The translations under genes were made by a program, and so were the position numbers. The notes below the pieces were generated by a model. That model saw only the letters and a list, made by a program, of their open reading frames with translations. It was not told the origin of the DNA and did not search any database. A stretch of 64,000 nucleotides of DNA from Candidatus Falkowbacteria bacterium (GTDB taxonomy: Bacteria; Patescibacteriota; Patescibacteriia; Patescibacteriales; UBA12465): assembly GCA_037132255.1 (NCBI GenBank), contig JBAXPN010000002.1, forward strand, positions 76,433 to 140,432, in the 5' to 3' direction. Below, one piece after another: positions 21,662 through 30,053 of the stretch (position 1 is the first letter of the stretch; the number at the start of each line of letters is the position of its first letter).

Positions 21662-21690
21662 TTGACAACAAGATATTCTTATGATATAGT
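21662..21690 (+). promoter_or_regulatory. near-consensus promoter (TTGACA-17-TATAGT) with no protein gene downstream
   Basis: TTGACAacaagatattcttatgaTATAGT sits directly after the rnj terminator. Confidence 0.6.
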
Positions 21691-21696
21691 ATTTAG

Positions 21697-21852
21697 TCAG
21701 TGAAACACTGACATTTGTATTTAGAAAAGACCGCTTTAAACGGGTCAGGCACGACAAGCATGGGGATTTTCTTGCTAGGGTTTTTCCGGCATTGCGCTCG
21801 AAAGTGCCTAGAAGAAATTTTCTTGCCTACCCGTTTAAGTCGGTCTTTTTTA
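21697..21852 (+). ncRNA. candidate structured small RNA, family unassigned
   Basis: Own promoter; a 5' hairpin GTCAGTGaaaCACTGAC; an 18-bp long-range closing helix (21728-21745 with 21828-21846); an inner helix AGGCAC/GTGCCT; and a terminal T-run. The only ORF here (21715..21897) looks spurious. Confidence 0.5.
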
Positions 21853-21865
21853 TTTCCTAAATATA

Positions 21866-22603
21866 TTATTCGAACATTCTGTCTTTGCCGACAATAACGT
21901 TTACCTTGTCTCGCATTATCCCGACTTCTACAGGAGTGTTAACTTCAACTACTCCATCGACAATTAATTTTTCAGTTTGATTACTAATTTTTAATTTTTT
22001 TACTGTAATAATTGTTTCATCTTTACGGCGTGTGCGAATTAGTACATCGAGTTTTCCGTCATGAGGATTTGATTTAATTGTTTCTTTTTGATCGCTGAGT
22101 AAATTAATTATTCGCACTTCCCCTTTCTCTGTCATCTCAAGAGTATAATCATCGATTTGAATACTTGTTCCGAGACTTTGGATTGAGGCTTGGTTGAGAA
22201 AGTAATAAGAGCCAACCGAACCGAGATCTAATTTTTCAACTCTTCTCGCAAGTAGAATATTGCATGCATCATCGATATTCTTAATACCAAAAGAAGATGC
22301 AATCGAATTATCCTCGCCCACTGGAATTAAGCCAAGAAGTGTTTTTTTCTGAAAATCGCCATATATTTCGGTATCAATAATAGCGCCGATGATTTTATTC
22401 ACCGTTTGATTATTTCCGACAGCGATGATAGTTTTTGCGCCTAGTTTAATTTCGTTTTGGATAGTTCCCTTTATATTTTTAATTCCACCTAAACGAATTA
22501 TTTTTCCATTAAGACCTAAATCAGTTAGGCGAATTTCTAGACGATTAATCGCACGGTTATATTTAGTTTTATTTAAATACTCATCGTAGATGTAGACGTG
22601 CAT
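21866..22603 (-). CDS. diacylglycerol/lipid kinase catalytic-domain family protein (YegS/BmrU-like)
   Basis: DAGK_cat-like N-terminal half (IIAVGNNQTVNKIIGAI..LGLIPVGEDNSIA). The canonical GGDGT is degenerate (GNNQT). Confidence 0.5.
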   Translation of the reverse strand: MHVYIYDEYLNKTKYNRAINRLEIRLTDLGLNGKIIRLGGIKNIKGTIQNEIKLGAKTIIAVGNNQTVNKIIGAIIDTEIYGDFQKKTLLGLIPVGEDNSIASSFGIKNIDDACNILLARRVEKLDLGSVGSYYFLNQASIQSLGTSIQIDDYTLEMTEKGEVRIINLLSDQKETIKSNPHDGKLDVLIRTRRKDETIITVKKLKISNQTEKLIVDGVVEVNTPVEVGIMRDKVNVIVGKDRMFE

Positions 22604-22627
22604 AAAATTACCGAGGAGACTTATTTA

Positions 22628-23038
22628 TTATTCAGTTTCAGTTTCTTTTTTATCTTCAGACTTTTTATTTTCACGATGACGAGGTTCTTCGCTCAGCATT
22701 AATAGTTGGCCATTAACGATTGCACCCTTTTCTATTGAAAGTTCATGATATTGGATGTCGCCAAAAATTTTCGCAGTTCCGCCTAGTGCTAGATATCCTC
22801 TGGCTTTAATATTTCCTCTTACCTCCCCATTAATTGAAGCGTCCTTTGATTCGATACTTGCGACAACCTTCGCTTGATCGCCGATAAAAAGATTTGCTTC
22901 TGTCTTAAGAGACCCCTCAAGAGTCCCTTCAATAATAATGTTTCCCTGCCCCTGGAAGTTGCCCTTAACCTTAATTGAGGCGCCAATAATTGTTTCCGCG
23001 TCCTTAAACTTTTCTAATTTGTTTTCCTTGTTAAACAT
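22628..23038 (-). CDS. bactofilin
   Basis: Repetitive beta-helix pattern (IKVKGNFQGQGNIIIEGTLEGSL..INGEVRGNIKARGYLAL..IFGDIQYHELSIEKGAIVNG) with an acidic tail. Confidence 0.8.
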   Translation of the reverse strand: MFNKENKLEKFKDAETIIGASIKVKGNFQGQGNIIIEGTLEGSLKTEANLFIGDQAKVVASIESKDASINGEVRGNIKARGYLALGGTAKIFGDIQYHELSIEKGAIVNGQLLMLSEEPRHRENKKSEDKKETETE

Positions 23039-23187
23039 ATGGGTTTAGATAAAAGTAATTTAAGAGGATTGTTTATGTTTTTATTTTAGGCTAATCTAGG
23101 CCGATTGTCAAAGAAGAAAGAATTGAATAAATTGAACTATTAGGGTAGAATAAAAGCATTGCTGAGCATAGTCCGCGACAGCCTACT

Positions 23188-23259
23188 GTCCCCGTAGTTC
23201 AACGGATAGAACAAGAGCCTCCTAAGTTCTAGATCCAGGTTCAATTCCTGGCGAGGACA
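23188..23259 (+). tRNA. tRNA-Arg (CCT)
   Basis: D-arm GTTCaacggataGAAC, anticodon loop CTCCTAA, T-arm CCAGGttcaattCCTGG, with one C-A mismatch in the acceptor stem. Confidence 0.88.
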
Positions 23260-23287
23260 CATAATTTAGCTAATATTAAAAGATTAT

Positions 23288-23322
23288 TGACATATAATTG
23301 ACAGATATATAATTATATGTCA
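23288..23322. repeat. perfect 12-bp inverted repeat with 11-nt spacer
   Basis: TGACATATAATTgacagatatatAATTATATGTCA lies between the two tRNA genes and overlaps TTGACA/TATAAT-like hexamers. Confidence 0.8.
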
Positions 23323-23333
23323 TTTAAGTGCGC

Positions 23334-23361
23334 TTGACATCACTTCCGCTTTTGCTATAAT
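23334..23361 (+). promoter_or_regulatory. promoter with extended -10 (TTGACA-16-TGcTATAAT)
   Basis: TTGACAtcacttccgcttTGCTATAAT, about 90 nt upstream of tRNA-Ala. Confidence 0.6.
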
Positions 23362-23400
23362 TTAGGGTAGTTTTACAGAAATTAGCCATAATTTGGAAAT

Positions 23401-23449
23401 ATGTTCTGCGAGGAACAACCTATTCTCACAAATGTTCTGCGAGGAACAA
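23401..23449 (+). repeat. two exact copies of an 18-nt direct repeat in the tRNA-Ala leader
   Basis: ATGTTCTGCGAGGAACAA at 23401-23418 and 23432-23449 (period 31 nt). The second copy ends 3 nt before the tRNA. Confidence 0.85.
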
Positions 23450-23452
23450 TTT

Positions 23453-23526
23453 GGGCCATTAGCTCAGTTGGCTAGAGCGCTTCCATGGCATGGAAGAGGT
23501 CAAGGGTTCAAGTCCCTTATGGTCCA
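23453..23526 (+). tRNA. tRNA-Ala (GGC)
   Basis: GGGCCAT acceptor with G3:U70, anticodon loop ATGGCAT, T-loop GGTTCAAGTCC. Confidence 0.9.
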
Positions 23527-23548
23527 CAAATAAAAATGCCCAGCTCTA

Positions 23549-24241
23549 TTAATTGATAGTGGCTGGGCTTTTTTTGAAAGATCTTTTCATGAAGAGATAA
23601 AAAAACGAAAACGCAATTCCAACGCTAACGGTTGTTGCGCTAGAGGTAATTAGACCAAAATCGGATATTTCTATTCCATACCATAGCCATACAAGCGAGC
23701 AAAGTATAAATGAAATGATGAATCTTGGTTCTATGTTTCTGATTTCGCGTTTTCGGATAATCTCAATTACAAGATGAGTAAAAACAATAGTCGCTAAAAT
23801 TAGAACGGCAATTAGCGACCATTCTTTTCGGATGAAGACTACGCAAGGAATAATAAGCGCGAGAAGGGGCGAGATAAGCAGTTCATTTTTAAACGATGCG
23901 TTTTCTATTTGTTTGAACTTTACGAGAGTAATAATAATTGGCAGAAATAAGACGCCAACAACATTACTAATCATTAAAGAGATGCTGCCAATTTTTAGGC
24001 CGTAAATAAGGTAGGCCATAAAATAGAAAAACTGAAACGCAAAAAATGAAAGCGGAAGGGCAGTCGCCGATTTATTTTTTTTTAGAAGCTTATTTTGGCG
24101 GAAAATTCCCCAGGCTTGTAAGGAGGCTGAAATAATTGCGACGATGAGTGCTAAGTTTATCGCAGTTATTGTCCCATGTAGAAGGTAGTCTTGATACTCA
24201 ATTGATGTAGTAAATAGTGATTCGATTTTTTTAAAGATCAT
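23549..24241 (-). CDS. 7-TM membrane protein, possibly MtN3/PQ-loop (SWEET-like, 3+1+3)
   Basis: Seven predicted TM helices. Both halves end their first helix with a basic patch and carry a W/Y-x-YG-like helix (FMAYLIYGLKIG; LVWLWYGIEISD), as in MtN3 repeats. The assignment is tentative. Confidence 0.35.
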   Translation of the reverse strand: MIFKKIESLFTTSIEYQDYLLHGTITAINLALIVAIISASLQAWGIFRQNKLLKKNKSATALPLSFFAFQFFYFMAYLIYGLKIGSISLMISNVVGVLFLPIIITLVKFKQIENASFKNELLISPLLALIIPCVVFIRKEWSLIAVLILATIVFTHLVIEIIRKREIRNIEPRFIISFILCSLVWLWYGIEISDFGLITSSATTVSVGIAFSFFYLFMKRSFKKSPATIN

Positions 24242-24592
24242 TTAGACTCCTTTCTTCAAGTAGTTTGTTCGTATATTGTTTTGTCTATCTAAATGTTCCT
24301 ACAATCGAAGAGTAAAGTCAAATTTAAATAAATATATTTAGCACGAATAAATGTTAACAGTAATGAATGATAAGTCTACAAAAATGTAGACTTAAGTGTA
24401 TTATTTAGCTAACATTAAATAAATATTGACTCTTAACAAACTGTGGAAAAGATGTTCTTATCATCACAATATCACTCTAATCTTAACCAAAATATCCCTA
24501 AACGAGTCTCAAAAGTTTCTTAATATTTATTTGCTTTTAACATTGAAAAACTTTATAATTAATAAGTAATTCATCTACTATTCAAAAATATT

Positions 24593-25531
24593 ATGTACGA
24601 TTTGATAATTATCGGTTCCGGCCCAGCGGGAATGACAGCTGGTATTTACGCGGTTCGTCGAGAAATGAAAACTTTGATAATTGGCAAAGAGGTTGGCGGA
24701 CAATTGGTTTGGGCTAGCGAGATAGAAAATTATCCGGGCTTTGAAAAAATTGGCAGCTTCGAGCTTATTAATAAATTTAAACAACAAACCCTTAAGAGTG
24801 GAGTTGAGATGAAAGACGATGAAGTAAAAATCATCGAAAAAAATGAGGCAGGTAATTTTATTCTTCACACAAATAGAGAAACTTTCGAGGCAAAGACGGT
24901 AATTATTGCGATGGGCCTATCTCCACGTCGTTTGGCTGTTAAAGGTGAACTTGAATTTAATGGCAAAGGCGTCTCATATTGCGCAAATTGTGATGGTCCG
25001 TTTTTTAAGAATAAGAGGGTCGCGGTAATTGGTGGAGGGAACTCAGCACTTGATGCAGCCGAGGTTTTATCAAAAATTGCTAGCCAGGTTTATTTAATCC
25101 ATCGCGGTTCTAGTTTGAGAGCTTTTGATAGCTTAGTCGCGGAAGTTAGGTCCCGCGAAAACATTGAGGTTATTCTAGATTCAGAAGTTCATAATATAGA
25201 AGGGAACGATAAAGTTGAAAAAATAATCGTTTCAAATATTAATACTAAATTGGATCGCGAAATTGTGCTCGATGGCGTATTCATTGAAGTCGGACGCTTA
25301 GCGAGCACAGATTTAGTCGCTGATTTTGTTGAGAGAAACGAGAAGAATCAAATAATCGTTAATACAAAAACAGAAACTAAGACGCCGGGTCTATTTGCGG
25401 CTGGCGATGTTACAGATTGTGAGTTCAAACAAATTACCATTGCCATGGGTCAGGCGACAGTCGCTGCTCTTACGGCTTATCAATATTTGCAATTAAAATC
25501 TGGCGAAAAAAATATAGCTAAAAACTGCTAA
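24593..25531 (+). CDS. trxB: thioredoxin-disulfide reductase
   Basis: GSGPAGMTAGIYA (FAD), redox-active CANCDG, GGGNSALDAA (NADPH) and GLFAAGDV. Confidence 0.92.
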   Translation: MYDLIIIGSGPAGMTAGIYAVRREMKTLIIGKEVGGQLVWASEIENYPGFEKIGSFELINKFKQQTLKSGVEMKDDEVKIIEKNEAGNFILHTNRETFEAKTVIIAMGLSPRRLAVKGELEFNGKGVSYCANCDGPFFKNKRVAVIGGGNSALDAAEVLSKIASQVYLIHRGSSLRAFDSLVAEVRSRENIEVILDSEVHNIEGNDKVEKIIVSNINTKLDREIVLDGVFIEVGRLASTDLVADFVERNEKNQIIVNTKTETKTPGLFAAGDVTDCEFKQITIAMGQATVAALTAYQYLQLKSGEKNIAKNC

Positions 25532-25550
25532 TTATTGCTATAATGTAAGT

Positions 25551-26828
25551 ATGCAAACAAAAAAAATTAATCTTATCGCCGCTGACATGGGCTATGGCCA
25601 TCAGCGAGCAGCCTATCCTCTACTCGATTTAAGTGGGGGTGAAATAATTACCGCTAATAACTATGTCGGAATCCCGGAATGGGAAAAAAAGTACTGGATA
25701 AATAGCCTGCGCTCATATGAAAGAATCTCACGCTTCAAGAAAGTGCCTCTTCTTGGCTCTTTGGTTTTTAAGATAATGGATAATTTTCAGAAGATTAAAT
25801 CTTTTTATCCGTCACGTGATTTATCGAGTCAAACTACGCAGCAAAAATTTTTTTTGCGATCAATTAAGGCTGGTTTGGGAAAAGACTTGATTGAAAAATT
25901 AAATCCGAGCGGCTTGCCGTTTCTAACAACTTTTTTTGTAGCAGCTTATATGGCCGAATATCATAATTATGCCGGCGATATATATTGTCTTGTTTGCGAT
26001 GCTGACGCCTCTCGTGCCTGGGCACCGATTGATCCAAAAAATAGCCGAGTTAAATATTTATTACCGAGTGAAAAAGTAAAGGAAAGATTCTTAATGTATG
26101 GTGTTAAAGAATCTAATATAATTATTAGCGGTTTCCCTTTGCCAAAAGAAAATATTGGCGCCGAAAAAGAAATTTTGGAAATTGATTTAGCGAGCAGAGT
26201 TAAGGCACTTGACCCGAGAGGGGAGTATCAAGAAACATACGCCGCTCTTCTTAATAAGGTCTTGCCTAATTTTTCCGGCGCAGAAAAAAAAGCAATTACT
26301 CTCAGTTTTGCTGTTGGCGGCGCAGGCGCGCAAAAGGAAATAGCCGGAGTAATTTTAAGAAAATTAGCGGCGAAAATTAAAGCGAATGAAATTAATATAA
26401 ATTTGGTCGCTGGTAATCGGCCGGAAATTAGAGATTATTTTTTAGAGCAAATTAAGTTGTATACTCTTCAAGAGGGAAACGGTGTACGAATAATTTTTGC
26501 AGCTGAAAAAAATGATTATTTTAAAAAATTTAATGACAGCCTTCATAACACAGATATCCTTTGGACTAAACCATCAGAGTTGTCCTTTTATTGCGCCTTA
26601 GGTTTGCCTGTTATCATGTCGGCGCCAGTTGGTTCCCAGGAAGACTATAACCGAGAATGGCTAATGTCTGTTGGCGCCGGTGTCGATAGTCTTGACGCTG
26701 AGTATGTTGATGAATGGCTACCTGATTTATTAGAATCTGGACGCTTAGCGAGGGCGGCTATGGATGGGTTTTTAAATGCTGAGCAAATGGGAACATACAA
26801 TATTGAAAAAATTATTCTTGAGTCATAG
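25551..26828 (+). CDS. GT28-like glycosyltransferase (MGDG synthase/UgtP-like)
   Basis: N-terminal DMGYGHQRAAYPL (G-x-GH-xx-AA) and C-terminal TKPSELSFYCALGLPVIMSAPVGSQEDYNREWL (the PGQE-x-x-N pattern). Confidence 0.5.
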   Translation: MQTKKINLIAADMGYGHQRAAYPLLDLSGGEIITANNYVGIPEWEKKYWINSLRSYERISRFKKVPLLGSLVFKIMDNFQKIKSFYPSRDLSSQTTQQKFFLRSIKAGLGKDLIEKLNPSGLPFLTTFFVAAYMAEYHNYAGDIYCLVCDADASRAWAPIDPKNSRVKYLLPSEKVKERFLMYGVKESNIIISGFPLPKENIGAEKEILEIDLASRVKALDPRGEYQETYAALLNKVLPNFSGAEKKAITLSFAVGGAGAQKEIAGVILRKLAAKIKANEININLVAGNRPEIRDYFLEQIKLYTLQEGNGVRIIFAAEKNDYFKKFNDSLHNTDILWTKPSELSFYCALGLPVIMSAPVGSQEDYNREWLMSVGAGVDSLDAEYVDEWLPDLLESGRLARAAMDGFLNAEQMGTYNIEKIILES

Positions 26829-26846
26829 ACAGCTTAACATATTTTT

Positions 26847-27782
26847 ATGTCGTGGATTCTTGTCGCCTTTATCGCCTATCTATTTTTGGCTATTGCAAAC
26901 TTATTTGATAAATTTCTTGTTGATAATGTTGTTTCGAGCAGCAAAGCCTATGCTTTTATTGCCTGTCTTATGGGCGGGGTCGTTATTTTAGTGGCTCCTT
27001 GGTATTTAGAATGGCCTGGCGTTTATTGGTTGATTATTGATTTAATTAGCGGGGGGCTTTTTGCAACAGCATTATGGTTATTATACGAAGCCTTACGTCG
27101 CGGCGAAGCCTCACAAACTCTTGTTTTTGTCGGAGGATTAACTCCGGTTTTTTCTATATCATTTTCGATCTTGTTTTTTAAGGAACATTTTTCAACGAGT
27201 GAGTGGCTGGGAATTTCGGCGCTTCTTATCGGCATATTTATTGTTGCCCTTCTACCACAACAGAGACATTTTCTCTCGCGATTAATGAATAAATTAAAGT
27301 TGAGTCAAAACATAAAGTCCGGCTCATTAATTTTTGCTTTATTTTCTGCGCTAGCCTATGCCAGCTATTTTATTCTGACAAAATACGCCTATTCAGAGCA
27401 AACATTTATAAGCGCGTTTATTTGGACGCGACTTGGAGCGGCTCTATTTGTTTTGAGTTTCTTGATACGCCAGAAAGATCGAAATAAAATTTTTAAAGCC
27501 TTCCAAAAACCGGGGCACAATAAGCATAAGTTTCTCGTTGTTGTTAATCAACTATTAGGGTCGGCTGGATTTATTTTACAAAATTATGCTGTCTTTCTCG
27601 GTTCGGTTGCTCTAGTTAATGCTTTTCAGGGAGTTCAGTATGCTTTTCTTTTAATTGTTAGTACGGTGCTCGCGATCTTATCTCCTAAATTATTAAAGGA
27701 GACATTTTCCTGGAAAATATTTTTACAAAAATTACTTGCTGTATGTGTCATCGGCTTGGGTTTATATTTTATCATGGTTTAA
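26847..27782 (+). CDS. EamA/DMT-family transporter
   Basis: About 10 TM helices in two similar halves, typical of the drug/metabolite transporter superfamily. Confidence 0.6.
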   Translation: MSWILVAFIAYLFLAIANLFDKFLVDNVVSSSKAYAFIACLMGGVVILVAPWYLEWPGVYWLIIDLISGGLFATALWLLYEALRRGEASQTLVFVGGLTPVFSISFSILFFKEHFSTSEWLGISALLIGIFIVALLPQQRHFLSRLMNKLKLSQNIKSGSLIFALFSALAYASYFILTKYAYSEQTFISAFIWTRLGAALFVLSFLIRQKDRNKIFKAFQKPGHNKHKFLVVVNQLLGSAGFILQNYAVFLGSVALVNAFQGVQYAFLLIVSTVLAILSPKLLKETFSWKIFLQKLLAVCVIGLGLYFIMV

Positions 27783-27783
27783 T

Positions 27784-28788
27784 ATGTTGAAAAAAAAATC
27801 ATTCTGGTTAATTCTAATATTTTTCACGCTTCTAGTAATTATATATTTTTTTAAGATGGCTAATAATTATCCCTTAAAACAAGATTTGAATTATAAACCG
27901 GGATTTTTTGGTGTGACTTTCTCGACTAAATTTTGTTCCGAGCTTGGGTTAGATTGGAAAGAAACATATCTAGCCGTGGTTGATGATTTGCAAGTTAAAG
28001 AAATTCGTTTGCCGATTTATTGGGATCAGATCGAAAAAACTAATGGTGTTTATGATTTTTCCGAATACGATTATATTATCCAAGAAGGTAAAAAAAGAGA
28101 TGTTAAATTTATTGCCAATGTCGGGTGGCGTTTGCCACGCTGGCCAGAGTGCCATGCCCCCGAGTGGGCGACGCAAAAAAGTCTAGCCTCAACCCAGGCA
28201 CGAGCTCTAAAAATGCTTGAAATAGTTGTAAGCCATTATAAAGATGACCCATCCATAATTGCCTGGCAATTAGAGAATGAACCATTTTTTGATGCCTTTG
28301 GTGTTTGCCCACCGAGCGATGAAACATTCTTCAAGAGAGAGTTGAAAGTAGTTAAAGATTTTGACTCGAGACCGGTTATGGTTTCAGCGACCGGCGAGCT
28401 GAGCTGGTGGCGTAAGGAGGCAAAATATGGTGACTGGTTCGGGAGCACAGTTTATCGAGTAGTTTGGGGTGCCTATACTGGATATTTTAGATATCCTATC
28501 CCGGCTGCGTTTTATCGCATTAAGGCTTATATGGCTGGCATTAAGCCTGAAAATCGTTATATAATCGAACTTCAGGCCGAGCCTTGGGTCCCAAATGGTA
28601 AAATGATATATTTACCAGCTGTTGAGGCCAAAAAATCATTCGATATTGATCAATTTCGAGCAAATCTTCAGTACGCTATAAATATAAATTTTAAAAAAAC
28701 TTATCTTTGGGGAGTCGAGTGGTGGTATTATCAATATCTTAACGGCAATAAGAGTTACTGGGAATTAGCCAGAACCTTGTTTAAATAA
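27784..28788 (+). CDS. membrane-anchored clan GH-A glycoside hydrolase
   Basis: TM anchor, then a TIM-barrel-type motif IAWQLENEP (catalytic acid NEP). The start is moved to Met17 (27784), just after the EamA stop. Confidence 0.55.
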   Translation: MLKKKSFWLILIFFTLLVIIYFFKMANNYPLKQDLNYKPGFFGVTFSTKFCSELGLDWKETYLAVVDDLQVKEIRLPIYWDQIEKTNGVYDFSEYDYIIQEGKKRDVKFIANVGWRLPRWPECHAPEWATQKSLASTQARALKMLEIVVSHYKDDPSIIAWQLENEPFFDAFGVCPPSDETFFKRELKVVKDFDSRPVMVSATGELSWWRKEAKYGDWFGSTVYRVVWGAYTGYFRYPIPAAFYRIKAYMAGIKPENRYIIELQAEPWVPNGKMIYLPAVEAKKSFDIDQFRANLQYAININFKKTYLWGVEWWYYQYLNGNKSYWELARTLFK

Positions 28789-28791
28789 ATT

Positions 28792-29496
28792 ATGATCTCA
28801 ATTGTAATCCCAACGCTTAATGAGGAAAACTTTTTACCCTTGCTTCTTATGTCAATTAAGAGTCAGGATTTTTCTGACTATGAAGTTATAGTTTCCGACG
28901 GCGGCTCGACCGATAAAACTAGGCAGATCGCTCTGGAAAATAATTGTCGTTTTATTATTGATTCTGAGCACCATCATCCTTCTTGGCAGAGAAACCATGG
29001 TGCGGAAATAGCTGGCGGAGATATATTAATATTCTTTGATGCTGATACTATTCTGCAGGAGCATTTTTTAAAAAATGTGATTGCGGAGTTTAATGATAAA
29101 AAATTGGTCGGAGCCGGTTTTTATATTAAATTCAATCCGAATAAGCCGAGCTATAATATATATTCTTTCCTGTATAATTTCTTTTGTTTCTTCCGCCAAT
29201 ATTTTGCTCCAGCCTCAATTGGCGCTGCGATTATCGCACGACGTGAAACCCACAATTTAATTAAGGGTTTTGACACCGAGATTTATGTAGCCGAAGACTA
29301 CGATTATTGTTATCGAATCTCGCGTAAAGGGAAGTTTCGGATGATAAAATCAACTCGTCTATTATATTCTTCTCGCCGTCTCGAAAAGGAGGGTGGATTA
29401 TCTGTCGGTTTAAAGTGGGGTTTTATGGCTCTCTATACATTATTTAATTTTCGCATCAAGAAAAAAATAGTTAAATATGATTTTGGAAAATATTAA
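28792..29496 (+). CDS. family 2 glycosyltransferase
   Basis: ISIVIPTLNEE..YEVIVSDGGSTDKT..FFDADT (DxD). Confidence 0.8.
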   Translation: MISIVIPTLNEENFLPLLLMSIKSQDFSDYEVIVSDGGSTDKTRQIALENNCRFIIDSEHHHPSWQRNHGAEIAGGDILIFFDADTILQEHFLKNVIAEFNDKKLVGAGFYIKFNPNKPSYNIYSFLYNFFCFFRQYFAPASIGAAIIARRETHNLIKGFDTEIYVAEDYDYCYRISRKGKFRMIKSTRLLYSSRRLEKEGGLSVGLKWGFMALYTLFNFRIKKKIVKYDFGKY

Positions 29497-29497
29497 A

Positions 29498-29887
29498 ATG
29501 AAACCGACTGATTTAAAGACTGAAGATATTTTGCGAATATTTTTAGCGCTCGTTTTTTTATCAGCTGGAATTTTTCGGATATTTAATGCGGATATGTCAG
29601 TGCTCGAATATTCGCGTCTCAGTTTACCGATTTATCTTTCGCCACTCATGATATTTTTTGAAATTGGCACTGGCTTACTATTACTTCTAAATCGATATAC
29701 AAAAGTTGTTTATTATTTTCTAGCCGCTTTCATGCTGGTCGTGTTCTTGTGGTCGTTTATAATAGATGGTCGTGAATTATTAAGGAGTGCGGGAGAACTA
29801 TTTGTTTATGATCTTAACCCGACTGATCTTTTTTTGCATTTTGTTTTCCTGCTTATTATTTGCATTTTGCTTTTTAAAAAGAAATAG
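29498..29887 (+). CDS. small 4-TM membrane protein (DoxX-like)
   Basis: Four TM helices with a DoxX-like layout. The start is uncertain (29477 or 29498). Confidence 0.4.
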   Translation: MKPTDLKTEDILRIFLALVFLSAGIFRIFNADMSVLEYSRLSLPIYLSPLMIFFEIGTGLLLLLNRYTKVVYYFLAAFMLVVFLWSFIIDGRELLRSAGELFVYDLNPTDLFLHFVFLLIICILLFKKK

Positions 29888-29939
29888 CCACTCCTATTAA
29901 TACAAAAAACAACATCCAAGAGGGATGTTGTTTTTAATT

Positions 29940-30014
29940 TGGAGCGGGTAAGGGGAATCGGACCCCTCTCATAAGGTTGGAAACCTTAGGTAATAACCAC
30001 TATACGATACCCGC
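29940..30014 (-). tRNA. tRNA-Gly (TCC), CCA encoded
   Basis: GCGGGTA acceptor, anticodon loop TTTCCAA, 3' TCCA encoded. Confidence 0.9.
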
Positions 30015-30053
30015 AGACGAATATATCTTATAAAATAATAAGCCTAAAGTCAA

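Noticed and set aside
21697-21852. Assignment of the sRNA candidate to SRP RNA, 6S RNA, RNase P RNA or tmRNA
   Set aside because: GGUCAGG is present, but there is no GNAR-capped helix 8 with an AGCA partner. There is no GGAAAGUCC P4 element and no tRNA-like 3' end. The 5' and 3' ends do not form the 6S-type rod. It is left unassigned.
21715-21897. 60-aa ORF in the rnj downstream region
   Set aside because: It has no RBS, crosses the long-range helix and T-run of the candidate sRNA, and runs into the convergent gene. The structured-RNA interpretation is preferred.
23401-23449. CRISPR array
   Set aside because: There are only two 18-nt repeats with a 13-nt spacer and no cas genes, which is far below CRISPR dimensions.
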